A stretch of DNA of 64,000 nucleotides, from assembly GCF_006345805.1 (NCBI RefSeq), contig NC_043002.1:81344001-81408000 (forward strand). Reading direction: 5' to 3'. Below are positions 11,585-26,924 of this stretch, in pieces. Within the stretch, counting starts at the first letter, position 1, and each line of letters begins with the position of its first letter. The notes under the pieces are model-generated. The model worked only from the letters and a program-made list of their open reading frames with translations, ran no database searches and had not been told where the DNA came from. This stretch comes from Octopus sinensis. Taxonomy: Eukaryota. Both the position numbers and the translations under genes were made by a program.

Positions 11585-11945
11585 TTTTACTCTTTCTCTT
11601 GTTTCAGTCATTGGACTCCAGCCATGCTGGAGCACTGCCTTGTTGAGTTAGTCGAGCAAATCACCCCTACTGCATATTTTAAGTTTGATGCTTATTTTAT
11701 CGATCTGCTAAGCCAAACCGCTCGGTCACACTGACGTAAATAACACGAAACCGGTTTTCAAGTGGTCCAGTGGGAGTCAAAGACGAAGACAAACAAACGT
11801 ACACATATACGACAAACTGCCACAAAATTTTTGCATATACTAAATCCATTCACAGAGGTTGATCAGCCTGGTGCCGTGCAGTGGGACTGAACTCAAAACA
11901 ACGTGGCTACGAAGCAAACTTCTTAACCACACGGCTATGCCTGAG
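11585..11945 (-). mobile_element. SINE family C (diverged)
   Basis: TTGTTTCAGTCATTGGACTCCAGCCATGCTGGAGCAC...CAGTGGGACTGAAC...CCACACGGCTATGCC. Confidence 0.75.
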
Positions 11946-12128
11946 CCTCTTATACTTGCACAATCTTGCTTGCACATTTAATATATTCAACCGTGATTAC
12001 TACAGGTCATTATAAATGTTAAATTGACACCTGACCATTGCTAGAAACGTGCGTTTCAGCTGAAATTAGTGCTTCCTGTTGGTTTGGCTTTGAAATACGG
12101 ATAAAATCTTCTTCTGTTAATCAAATCA

Positions 12129-12286
12129 TAGGCGTAGGAGTGACTGCGTGGTAAGTAGCTTGCTTACCAGCCACACGGTTCCGGGTTCAGTCTCACTGCG
12201 TGACACCTTGGGCAAGTGTCTTCTACTATAGCCTCGGGCCGACCAAAGCCTTGTGAGTGGATTTGGTAGACGGAAACTGAAAGAAG

Positions 12287-12329
<43 letters not shown>

Positions 12330-12535
12330 ATCACGTGACCGACCAGACCATCAGATGTTGTTACACATCGCTGGTCACAATGCGTTCGCATTGTTTTAGC
12401 CTTCGAATGAGCCTCGTGGAGCTTTTTTAGGTGCCTTCACTCAATAAACACGCACAACGCCCGGTCTGGGAATCGAAACCGCGATCCTGCGACCGCGAGT
12501 CCGCTGCCCTAACCACTAGGCCATTGCGCCTCCAC

Positions 12536-12595
<60 letters not shown>

Positions 12596-12835
12596 AATGT
12601 ATGTATGTATGTGTGTGTATATGTTTGTGTGTCTTTGTTTGTCCCCCAACATCGCTTGACAACCGATGCTGGTGTTTTTGCGTCCCCGTAACTTAGCGGT
12701 TCCACAATACACACCGATAGAATAAGTACTAGGCTTACAAAGAATAAGTCCTGGGATTTTATTGCTCGACTAAAGGCGGTGCTCCAGCATGGCCACAGTC
12801 ACATGACTGAAACAAGTAAAAGAGTAAAGAGTAAG
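12129..12835 (+). mobile_element. SINE family C interrupted in its internal (TA)n by a family B copy
   Basis: 5' half 12129-12320 and 3' half 12536-12835 together make one complete family C element. Confidence 0.85.
12322..12535 (-). mobile_element. SINE family B (tail type 2, internally deleted), nested
   Basis: Head GGAGGCGCAATGGCCTAGTGGTTAGGGCAGCGG. Lacks about 100 bp present in the 51150-51470 copy. Confidence 0.85.
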
Positions 12836-13072
12836 TCTGGGCGCATTATGCAGGAAATTATCCTGGTTTCCATGATGCTTGGGTGACCGAGGTGACAAGA
12901 TTCCAGATCAAACACAATGCACTGGCTGGTTCCAGAATCGTATCTCATTAGCCAAACACTAACTGCTTGACACTACTCCTTCGCTCATCTGTTAGTTTGG
13001 AACTTTTTAAAAAATTAAAATTATGCCCAAGTACAATTCGATTCAAATATATACAACGAATATACCTCGACA

Positions 13073-13359
13073 TCTCTCTATATATATGTCTGTGTGCGTG
13101 TCCTTTATACAAATCCACAATTTTTCAGTTAGAGGGCTCGCACTTTCTATGGTCACTCAAAACCATCCAAGGGTGGTCGTGCACATCTTTACATTTCCCC
13201 AGTCACCCCGCAAAGCCATTAAAAAATCAATAGAAGAGACCCAATCAAAACCCAATCAAAATGCCCGAAACTTAATAGCTGTATGTGATTGGTCGGAGAT
13301 TTGGACAGTACTCGCGTGTATGTGCGCACGCACGCAGCGTTGCCGGGTCATAGTGCTAG
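13073..13359 (+). mobile_element. Non-autonomous Helitron
   Basis: Starts A|TC, ends CTAG|T; GC-rich subterminal segment ...GCAGCGTTGCCGGGTCATAGTGCTAG; no TSD. Confidence 0.7.
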
Positions 13360-13534
13360 TTTAATATAAAAATCTAAAGTTTTAGACCTATGTTTCAAAC
13401 CTTTGGCCAAGTAATAATATATTGCAAATGAAATATAACTTTGGGCATTTAATATAAAAATTCTAGTTTTCAGACCTATGTTTCAAACTTTTGGCCATGA
13501 CTCTAAGTTGTATCACTTTTTTTTTTCTTTCTAG

Positions 13535-13850
13535 GTAGGAGCACTCCGTCGGTTGCGACGACAAGGGTCCCAGCTGATTCGATCAACGGAACAACTTGCT
13601 CGTGAAATTAACGTGCAAGTGACTGAGCACTCCACAAACACGTGTACACTTAACGTAGTTCTCGGGGAGATTCAACGTTACACTGAGTGTGACAAGGCTG
13701 ACACTTTGAAATACAGGTACTACTCATTTTTGCCAGCTGAGTGGACTGGAGCAACGTGAAATAAAGTGTTTTGCTCAAGGAAACAACTCGCCGCCAGGAA
13801 TTGAACTCACGACCTGAGCTGCATGCCCCTAACCATTAAGCCACGAAGTA
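13535..13850 (-). mobile_element. SINE with family A core and a different tail
   Basis: Shares CACTTTATTTCACGTTGCTCCAGT.CACTCAGCTG with the 1098 copy, then diverges completely. Confidence 0.75.
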
Positions 13851-14534
13851 AGTAAATTGAAAGATATTTAACTGGAGATTAAAATTACACAATAAATCAC
13901 TTCACAATGTTGTTGCTCATCAACACATTTCAATCACTTCCTCCCTTACGAGTCGAAGGTGTGGGTACTGCAAAAAATATATTCCCGGCCTATCTTACCG
14001 AACAAACGGACAAAAATTAAGATTTCTAATTTGGTAAATAGCTGTAAATTTTGTGGTAGACGAGCAGCCGATTAAATCGACACCAGTATGTTAATGTGTC
14101 TACGTCCCCGTAACCTAGCGATAGAATAAGTACTAGGCTTACAAAGAATAAGTTCTGGGGTCGATTTGTTCGACTAAAGGCAGTACTCCAGCATGGTCGC
14201 AGTCAAATGACTGAAACAAATAAAAGAGTAGAAGAGTAATGCTACGAAACCCGTGTAAAAAATGAATATTTAATACTTTTCCTTACTACTAAACAAACCA
14301 AACGGAGACATTAACCGGGCCGCTGGTGTAAATGTCGTACGGTATTTCAATATTTCTTCACATTTTAAGTCCAAATTCTACTGGGGACGATTATTATTTA
14401 TCCTCTTTCTGATGTTTGGAAATAAAATACCAGCCGACACTGTATGGCTTTATACTATGTTCGATATCCTTTATTAATATTGAGAGAGAGATGAATGGCA
14501 CAATGGAGGGAGCGACTCACAAAATGGCAGTGTA

Positions 14535-14735
14535 TTCTTTTACTCTTTTGCATGTTTCAGTCATGTGACTGTGGCCATGCTGGAGCACCGCCTTTAGTCG
14601 AGCACATCGACCCCACGGCCTATTCTTTCTAAGCCTAGTACTTATCCTATCGGTCTCTTTTGCCGAACCGCTAAGTTACGGGGATGTAAACACACCAGCA
14701 TCGGTTGTCAAGCGATGCTGGGGGAACAAAACAGG

Positions 14736-14767
<32 letters not shown>

Positions 14768-15612
14768 ACACACACATACATATATACGACGGGCTTCTTT
14801 CAGTTTCCGTCTACCAAATCCACTCACAAGGCTTTGGTCGGCCTGAGGCTATAGTAGAAGACACTTGCCCAAGGTGCCACGTAGTGGAACTGAACCCGGA
14901 AACATGTGGTTGGTAAGCAAGCTACTTACCACAGAGCCACTCCTGCGCCTATTGTATTATACAATCTCTTATCTTATAATTTTTACTTGTTGCACTCATT
15001 AAACGGCAGCCATACTGGGGCAAACCCTCGAAGAGGTTTAGTTGCTCAAATCGACCTTAGTAGTTATGTTGTTGTTTTTAAGTCTGGCACTTATCCTATT
15101 GGCTCTCTTGCCGAACCGCTATGTTAGGAGTCACAATCTAATACCAGTTGTCAAGCAGCGGTTGGAGTGACTAACACATACACTCATACACACATACGCA
15201 TATACACATATATGGTGGGTTTCTACAGAGTTTCCATCAACCAAATTCTCTTTCGCGGCATTGATCGACCGGAGTCTATAATAGAAGTCACTTGCCCAAA
15301 GTGCCGCGTAATGAAACTGAACCCAAAACCACATGGTTGCAAAGCGCGCTTTTTAACCACACAACCTTGTCTGCGCCTACGTTTGACATCTTTTATTAAT
15401 ATTGGTCTCAAATTTTGACACAAGGCCAGCAATTTTGGGGCAAGTTGAATACATCAACCCTCAGTGCTCAGCTGGTACTTATTATATCGACCCCGAAAGA
15501 ATGAACGGCAAAGTCGACCTCGATAGAATTTGAAACCAGAGCGTAAAGACGGGCGAAATGCCGCCAAACATTTTACCTGGAATGCTAACGACTCTGCCAG
15601 CTCGCCGCCTTC
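14535..15612 (-). mobile_element. Cluster: SINE C (14535-14949), SINE C (14975-15370), SINE D (15420-15612)
   Basis: Family motifs on the minus strand. Confidence 0.8.
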
Positions 15613-15924
15613 AAGTGAGGACATATTAAAAATGATGCATTTCTGAGTAATACTAGGAGGATATGATGGTCATGGCTGGAATGCCTTTTTATTATATGTC
15701 TGCTCCATCAGCTCAATCCAAGGACTAAACACCGCTATCGGCGCTACACCCGCCGCCGCCGCCATCGCCACCACCACAACCACCACCACCGCCGCCACCG
15801 CCTCGCTCCACCGCCACGAACATCATCGGCGCCAACACCATCGAGCTGAAATGCGAAACTTCAAAGCAAAATCAAAAGCAGCTGTCAGTTGCTTAGCACT
15901 GCCATTTTAGGGACCACACAGGTC

Positions 15925-15926
15925 TT

Positions 15927-16001
<75 letters not shown>

Positions 16002-16014
16002 CAGCTGCTGCAAT

Positions 16015-16051
<37 letters not shown>

Positions 16052-16140
16052 GCTGCTGCTATTGCTTCTACTACTGCTACTACTACCACTACTACTACTA
16101 CTACTACTACTATTACTACTACTACTACTACTATCACCAC
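15925..16140. repeat. (TAC)n/(TGC)n microsatellite
   Basis: Direct reading; source of the poly-Y and poly-C ORF. Confidence 0.95.
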
Positions 16141-16593
16141 CATGCCGTCCACACTACCACCAATTTATTCTAATACCAGTACTTTTACTACCACCACTAA
16201 GTGCAGCTGCTGCTTCTACTACCGCCACTACCACATAAGCCTCTACTGGCACTAATAACAATGCTGCTAACATCACAAATAACGATGCGGTTACTATGAT
16301 CGCCATTACCATTACCACTACCACAAGAACAACAACTACTACTACTACTACAACCACCACTATCACAACAACAACAATCACAACTACTAGTACCACCACG
16401 GCACTACTACTACAGCTACTGCTACTTCTACTTCTACCCCGCCCTAGCCGAGATACAAGCCCATCTTCCCACTGTCATACTTCACGTCACTTTACATTTC
16501 CTATGATTTCGTATTCTTGTTTTCATATTTTCTATGTTCCACCTTGTTTATATTTGCTTTTGTGTACTTATCATTGCTTTGAAAATTCAGATA

Positions 16594-16628
<35 letters not shown>

Positions 16629-16634
16629 CGTAAA

Positions 16635-17390
16635 ATGTAAAAAATATATACAAACTGGGACAAGAACGTGAAACACCTAGGAGACGACACAAGAACCACA
16701 GGACGGGACATTCGAAGCCCTCAGTCATCAGTCAAGAACCAAATCATCTTCGCAATTTCGGCTGATTAATCTTGAGATTGCTCCGACCTGGGCAGCCCCC
16801 AAGGGAAATCTAAGCCAAGCGCATTAGATCCTTTGGAAGAAAGCTTCGAATGTATACAACACAAGGACGGAAAACGAACGATGTACACGAATAAAAATAC
16901 AGAAATACGTGAAAACAATAAGGAAAGCACGAATAAGAATACAAAACGTAAAAACAATAACGGTAAGGATAAAAAACAAAAACCAGGACGTAGGACAAGG
17001 GTACTTCGACAGGACGAGTTGAGTTGGGGCTGGCTTATGGAGTTGTGCCTTATGGCCGCGGGAGACAAACAAAAACGTGTTGCTTCAACGACTGCTGGAA
17101 CGAAAAGGCCGCCCAGCCTGTATATATAGGGAGAATTCACAAAAAAAAAGACGAAGACAGGTGGTGTTGACAACAAACAGATGTATTAGTTTAACGCCCT
17201 GGAAGTGAAAAAGTCTTGAACGTTTCGAGCTCACGCTCTTCCACAAAAAGGAACACAGAAAGAAACAAGGAGAGAAAATAAAGAATGTGTAGTGGCTAGT
17301 GATCTATCATAGACAAAGAGAAATTTTCAGCTGCATCGGCCATTTCATCATGTTGAATCGTTAATTCCTGCACACTTTTTCTCTCTCTCC
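16635..17390 (-). mobile_element. Penelope-like terminal-repeat region (putative), abutting (TA)n/(TC)n
   Basis: Minus strand has GAGC-GTGA-GCTC-GAAACGT (hammerhead-derived, 17214-17250), a TATATATA box near 17125 and a CTGATGA at 16725-16731. The assignment rests on resemblance to PLE pseudo-LTRs. Confidence 0.5.
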
Positions 17391-18010
17391 GTTTTACTTC
17401 TTCCGGCAGTATCACCTCCTCCGTTATTTTGTGCAAGTCGTGCAAAGTTAGCTGGACCACCTCCTCGAGGCCGTATCCCCAGCAGTTTACCTCTTTCGTT
17501 CTCGTTACATTTAAAACTCTCGCTTCCTCTTCCATGTTGTGCATAATGGCTGCCACCAGCCACACCTCCTCAATCTCCGGGGGTACCCTGCCTATTCTTA
17601 CCCTGGCCATTCGTATGCCACAGTAAGTCGGCAGAAGTACCCACTATGGTGTCCTTAGCGCCACAGTAGAGTGGTTTATCGCGTTTTGCTCGCTAGCGAA
17701 CCTAACCTCCACTGTGCCGTACGTTTTTCTTCAGGTATAGAATGTTGTGAAGTTCTTTACCTCTTTCAAACACTCTTCTATGGCTTTTCATTGCCGTGGA
17801 CAGCGTTCTATATACTACTGTCCACTTAGTTACGCTCGTTGTCATTTCTTGTGGAAGGGGTCAACCTCAAACTGGTTCCCTCCTTCTCAACCAGTCTGTT
17901 AAATTCCTTTAGCTTCTTTTTCTCCAACTTCACCTCTCGAACCTGTAGTACGTCTGCAAGTTAAACTTCTTCCCGTGGCTGCAGCATAGCTGCCGGCTCT
18001 CATCCTTCCA
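17380..18010 (-). pseudogene. Decayed L1/Tx1-type ORF1 (RRM-like) fragment
   Basis: SYAAATG...T*RKTYGTVEVRFASEQ...WVLLPTYCGIRMARVRIGRVPPEIEEVWL..., with stops and frameshifts. RVRIGRVPPEI resembles the V.ISNVPPFI motif of Tx1 ORF1. Confidence 0.6.
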
Positions 18011-18404
18011 CCCTTCCTTTTTTACACTACTTTACCCATAAATGAGGAAGAAAACAATAATAAAAACACAGCAAAAAAAACAGCAACTAGCAATTCAAAA
18101 ATCCAACAGTGATGTTAAACAATAGGTTTACCCTTGCGGGAGACCTTCAATAATTAATAACGAGGTGACTTACGTCTAACAGGGATCAAACAATGATTAA
18201 CTCGTCAGATGATTGTAACAACGGCGAAAAAAATATTATTGTTAATTTATTGAAACATCTGGGCAAGTCTCTGTCTGTATAATCGGACAATTGCAAAAGA
18301 ATATTTAAAAGAGATCCAAAACTCTGCAAAAATCCGGTACAAATTCTTCAAGGTTCAAAACGTTGCTAACTTTTTACTCAACCAGATATATACATTTTTT
18401 TCTT

Positions 18405-18610
18405 TTATTCTTTTCCTTGTTTCAGTCATTTGACTGCGGCCATGCTGGGGCACTGTCTTTAGTCGAACAAATCGACGCCAGGACTTAAAAATTTGTAAGC
18501 CTAGTACTTACCCTATCGGTCTCTTTTGCCGAAATGCTGAGTTACGGGGACGTAGATACACCAACATCGGTTGTCAAACGATGGTGGTGGGGACAAACAC
18601 AGACATACAA
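18405..18610 (-). mobile_element. SINE family C, 3' half
   Basis: CAGTCATTTGACTGCGGCCATGCTGG...CGGTCTCTTTTGCCGAA. Confidence 0.8.
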
Positions 18611-18645
18611 ATGCATACATACATGTACATTTATGTGTATGCGTG

Positions 18646-18692
<47 letters not shown>

Positions 18693-18959
18693 CTAACAGT
18701 GCATCCCGGTGTTTCCCGGGTGTTATGACCAACAGCTACATTGTATTATTTGTTCCTTTCTTATGGGCAGAATCAGCACAGCTGATGTATAGTGAACTGG
18801 ATTACTAGTGTAATGAAAGTTATTGTTTGTTTAAAGGTGAAGTGGAGAAGGTTACAATTTGCATGTGTTTGTATGAAAGTGTTTTCTGTTCTTCAGTAGG
18901 ATCACAAACTATACATTGTTTCAACGTATAAAAGGGGGTTAAAACGATATTGCCCAGAA

Positions 18960-19530
18960 ATCACGTTTTCAAAATTTTAATTTTCCCCCGTCCCCACTGC
19001 AATTTCTTAATTTGTAACATTCTTCGATTCTTTTTTTAATCCACGTAGAAAAATACAGAGATTATGAATCTCTGTATTTTAAGTTTAATTTTACTTAAAG
19101 AAACACTCAATCCCCCACCTCGCCCACCCATCACATACCCGTTTTCAGAAAGCTAAAACCTCCCAATGTTTCACTTTCGTCTCATGTTTCACCCATGAGT
19201 AGAACTGTACTGAAATAGCAGATGTAAAAAATACCAGACACAACCAGAAAACCCGACATGCTAGAAACAACAGGTAAATGACATTATTTTTGAAGAAACT
19301 TCCCTGCTTTTCAAAAAGCTAAAAGCGAAACATGGGAGTTTGTAGCCTTTTGAAAGATGTTTGGGAATGAGATTTTAGTGTTTCTCTAAGAAAAAGGGAA
19401 GAAGAGAATTCATAGATTCGTACTCTCTGTTTTTTTCTCCGTGGATTACCAATAAAAAAATTTGGAAGAGTAAAAAAATGAAGGAATTGGGGTGAGGAGG
19501 GAGAAAGTTAAAATATTGAGAACGTGTCTT
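18960..19530. mobile_element. Foldback MITE with long imperfect TIRs (about 210-220 bp)
   Basis: Left arm CACGTTTTCAAAATTTTAATTTTCC...AATCCACGTAGAAAAATACAGAG...AAGAAACACT...CTCCCAATGTTTC aligns with the reverse complement of about 19320-19529. Confidence 0.7.
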
Positions 19531-20129
19531 TTAGACGAAATCCAGGCCTATGACCAGAAACGTTTCACCCGTGACCACCCTGTTAATTTTTTCTCACATA
19601 ATTTGCCTCGAATTGACTACATTATCTAATGTATATATGCAGGAAGTTTGTTTTCTTTTCAAGACAGCGAGAACATGATTAAAGATCAATAATTTAACTG
19701 CTTTTTCTATCTGGCTGAATGCCGACATTGAAACTCCGACGTTGGCCTCGACTCTTCAGCGTTTCTGGCGATACCGATTGTTTAACTGATTTGGAAGAGA
19801 TAAATGTTCAACCCCATGATTTCAAAACATGAAAGAATGCGATTCCGCTTTAGGAAATATGTCATTATACTTTGGCCCAACCATATTTCCATATTTAAAT
19901 AAGGAATGGAATGGGGTGAGAGACGGGGGCGTTGAGTATTTATTAGAACAGCCCATGTTTCGCGAGTCACTAATGAAATAACTATTATTTGATAACTAGC
20001 TAGAGGGCCCGTGCTTCATCTCTGAGGAGCCGTTGTGTTGGTTAAGGATATGGTGTGCGCGCGCGCACGTTGTGTGTGTGTGTATGGGTGCGTGCGAATT
20101 TACCTCTTTGAATAAGTGTGCATAGGAAG

Positions 20130-23160
<3,031 letters not shown>

Positions 23161-23949
23161 AACGGTGATGGCCTAGGAGTGGTGTTGAGGATGTGTTGTG
23201 GGATAGCGTGGTGTAGAATGGTTGATGTGCGGCAGATAGGATGCGGTGTAGTTCCGTTCAAATACTATTTTGTACTTACTGTTCAATAAGTCAATAATCA
23301 TTCGACGACAACAACAACAACAACAACAACAACAACAGCATGATCGTCGCCACCACAACCACTACAACCATCCCCACCGCTATCATTTCGACGCCTCCAC
23401 CACTACGAACACCACGATCACCACAATGACAACCTCCACATCCACCACCATCTCCTCTGTTTCGTACCTCTAATTTTTATAATAGATTTAATATCAGAGC
23501 TGTATGTAAAAGTCTTTTGTTTCTATGAGGAATTTGTGAGGAAAATTGTGGTGCGGCTGTCCGCATTAGACAGCAAGTCCTATAATTGGTGCCAATCATA
23601 GTCTCTAATGGAATGGTTGTGAATTCTTTGATCTATCGACTTCGTTCATATCCTGATATCATACACCGGAGACGAATTTAGTACAGTTCTTTACTATACT
23701 ACTGTTATTGGTGACGGTGTTTGTAGGTGGGTAATGGGTAGTGTTATTTACCACAGGTTTGTAGTTAGGTAGGTATGCGGACGGATATCGAGACAGACTG
23801 ATAAACTAGATAAACAGGGCGGATAAATGGATAATCAGTCGAGTTGGATAAATAGACAGATGTCAGAAGAAGAAAACAGAAGAAGAAAAAAAAGCGAAGA
23901 TGGACGAACTGACGACATACTCACCGATAGACAGACACATAGACCTACA

Positions 23950-24390
<441 letters not shown>

Positions 24391-24415
24391 AGACAGCGGA
24401 ACAGAGAAACGTATA

Positions 24416-24653
24416 CAGTAATCGCTCGCCATATCGCTGTTCTCCTATCACGCACTCAGTTACATCGCGGTTCATTTCTTGCGCACTCAGTACATTGCGG
24501 ATTTTTCTGGCTAATATATGTGAGTTTATATTGCAGACTCCTCAGTATATCGCGTATTTCTGCGGCCGACAGGTATTTATATTTTTTTTAGATTTTAATT
24601 ATTTCCGTGGGAAGTTTCGGAACGTAACACCCGCTATAGTCGAGGGATTACTG
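24416..24653. mobile_element. Tigger/pogo-type MITE
   Basis: TA|CAGTAATCGCTCG ... CGAGGGATTACTG|TA. Internal CTCAGT(T)ACAT(C/T)GCG motif occurs about three times. Confidence 0.7.
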
Positions 24654-25008
24654 TATACGCACTGATAGAATAAACGGTGGCTAGGCTAAGCAGGGAATAA
24701 GATTGCCTTCAATCAATCAGATGGCTAAACAATAGCAACAAGACAAGAACACAACAGCAACAACAATAGCATCAGCAACAAAAACATTATAATCAACACT
24801 TTTCTAATCATAGGTCGAGTGTTTCATGGAGATTCCAGTTCAAGAGCGTCTGAAATGCATCCCATTGAAAAGATTTGTTTTATGTTAATCACTGGTAGGA
24901 ACACCGTATTTCGTTATGCTACAATAATATACCACCAGGTATATTAAAGGCTTTATTAGTCAGCACTGTGTCCCAACTGTGTTAGCAGTGCGATTCAATA
25001 ATTTATTA

Positions 25009-25780
25009 CCAGTTGCCAAGAATGTGTTTAATATGTAAAATTGGTATATCCAATTGTGTTAAACAGCTAAATTTAGTGGCTAATTTAAGTCATGTACTCG
25101 TGGATGCTTCATGACTTGGATGTGGTACTGAGAAGGAGCAATAACTCCCGAAATATGTATGTACACCAATTACCGAATTTTCCATCTTGCATTGTTTACT
25201 GGGACATTTTTGTGTACGAAACGTCGTGACTTTCAATGCTGCTCGTAATCTCTATAGAAAATCTGGAGAGATAACTTTAAAAACTGAATGAATCCCACTG
25301 CTAACACAGGTACAATACAATATTGACTTATAACCTTTATGGTTGGATAACGAAATACGGTCTCCCTAATAGCAATTAATATGTACACACTAGTTGCCAG
25401 GAATGTGGTTAACCCATTAATGCATAGCGTCCAGAAAAATGGAGGCAGAAAAAATTACCGTTACTTGTTTCGCACGTGCGTATAGTTGTTTTGTTTTGTA
25501 CGCAGCACCTGCTCACTCATAGAGCACTAGATTAGAGGGAGATTAAGCCAAAAATAAGCTCAATAAATAGTTTACTTAACAAGCAATTACTCTTTTACTC
25601 TTTTAATTGTTTCAGTCATTTGACTGCGGCCATACTGAAGCACCGCATTTAGTCGAGCAAATCGACCCCAGGATTTATTCTTTGTAAGCCTAGTACTTAT
25701 CCTATCGGTCTCTTTTGCCGAACCGCTAAGTTACGAGGACGTAAACACACCACCATCGGTTGTCAAGCGATGTTGGGGGA

Positions 25781-25834
<54 letters not shown>

Positions 25835-26390
25835 CATATATATATACATATATACGATGGGCTTCATTAAGTTTCCGTCTACCAAATCCACTCACAAGGC
25901 TTTAGTCGGCCCGGGGCTACAGTAGAAGACACTTGCCCAAGGTGCCACGCAGTCGGACTGAACCCGGAACCATGTGGTTGGTAAGCAAGCTACTTAAAAA
26001 CACAGCCAATTTTTCTAGACGCTATGCATTAATGGGTTAATATGTGAAGTTGGTATATCTAATTATGTTACACTGCTGTATTTGGTAGTTATTTAAGCAA
26101 TATGTTCGTGGATGGTTAATGGGAGGGATCTGGTACTGAAGAAGAAGTAAGAACTCCTGAAATATGCATGTACACCCATTACTGACTTTTCTATATTCGA
26201 TCGCATTTTTTACATAGACGTATTCGTATGCGCAACGCCGTCACTTTCAGTACTGGCTCTAATCTGAATGGATAACTTTAATAAGTGACTTGTTCTATGC
26301 TTCTCGGTACAAGCTTAACGCGGTGTCGTGATATTAGATGCACCCACATGACTTATGATTAACAGAAACGAAATCCTGTCTCCTCGGATA
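25009..26390. repeat. Degenerate tandem duplication of an about 380-bp unit; second unit split by a piggyBac MITE
   Basis: Unit 1 starts CCAGTTGCCAAGAATGTGTTTAATATGT (25009); unit 2 starts CTAGTTGCCAGGAATGTGGTTAA (25390) and resumes TATGTGAAGTTGGTATATC at 26041. Confidence 0.75.
25413..26036. mobile_element. piggyBac-type MITE with TTAA TSD, carrying a family C SINE
   Basis: TTAA|CCCATTAATGCATAGCGTCCAGAAAAAT ... ATTTTTCTAGACGCTATGCATTAATGGG|TTAA; 28-bp TIRs with one mismatch. SINE C on - at about 25586-26008. Confidence 0.9.
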
Positions 26391-26924
26391 TCCTGGAACA
26401 CCTTTTCACGCTAACATGAGTCTTTTGCTAAGTTTGAAATTCAAAATCATGAAGTACTCGGTGCTTAAATCTTTTAGGGTAACCATAATTATTACTAGTT
26501 CGTGTAACTTTTCAGGTTGATTGCCTAATCACCCTTTCTGTATCTGTTTCGGCTTTATCGATCAAAGTATTTGACCGGTACTTATTTCATTGATCTTTGA
26601 AGGATGAAAGTCAATTCAGGTGCAATTAGAACGCAAAAACAAGTCATCCGACACTCAATCATTAATATTTTTCTGTCTTTCTCAAATTCATTTTTTTTTT
26701 GTCTTGTTTGCTTTTTTTATGGGTTAGCTTAGAGGAAAGCATTGCTCATGATCTTTCGCAGGATCGCCAACACTGTTTGGAAGTACAGGAGGAATGTATC
26801 CTCAAACTGGACATGATAACTAACTGCTTGCAAAAGAGCGGATTTAGCTATAGACACGCAAGGACTAGAGAGTGGTGTTAAACATAACGACCGATTAAGT
26901 CTACCACCAATATTAAATCTGCTA

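Noticed and set aside
16700-16740. CTGATGA on the minus strand as a second hammerhead
   Set aside because: No formable stem II and GAAT instead of GAAA.
17320-17360. ATGATGA...GAAA hammerhead-like string
   Set aside because: C3 is missing and stem I cannot pair.
19700-19765. CTGAAGAG motif on the minus strand
   Set aside because: GAAA is absent and the stems are inconsistent.
26699-26881. 60-aa ORF after a pyrimidine tract
   Set aside because: No recognisable motif, weak donor site, length expected by chance.
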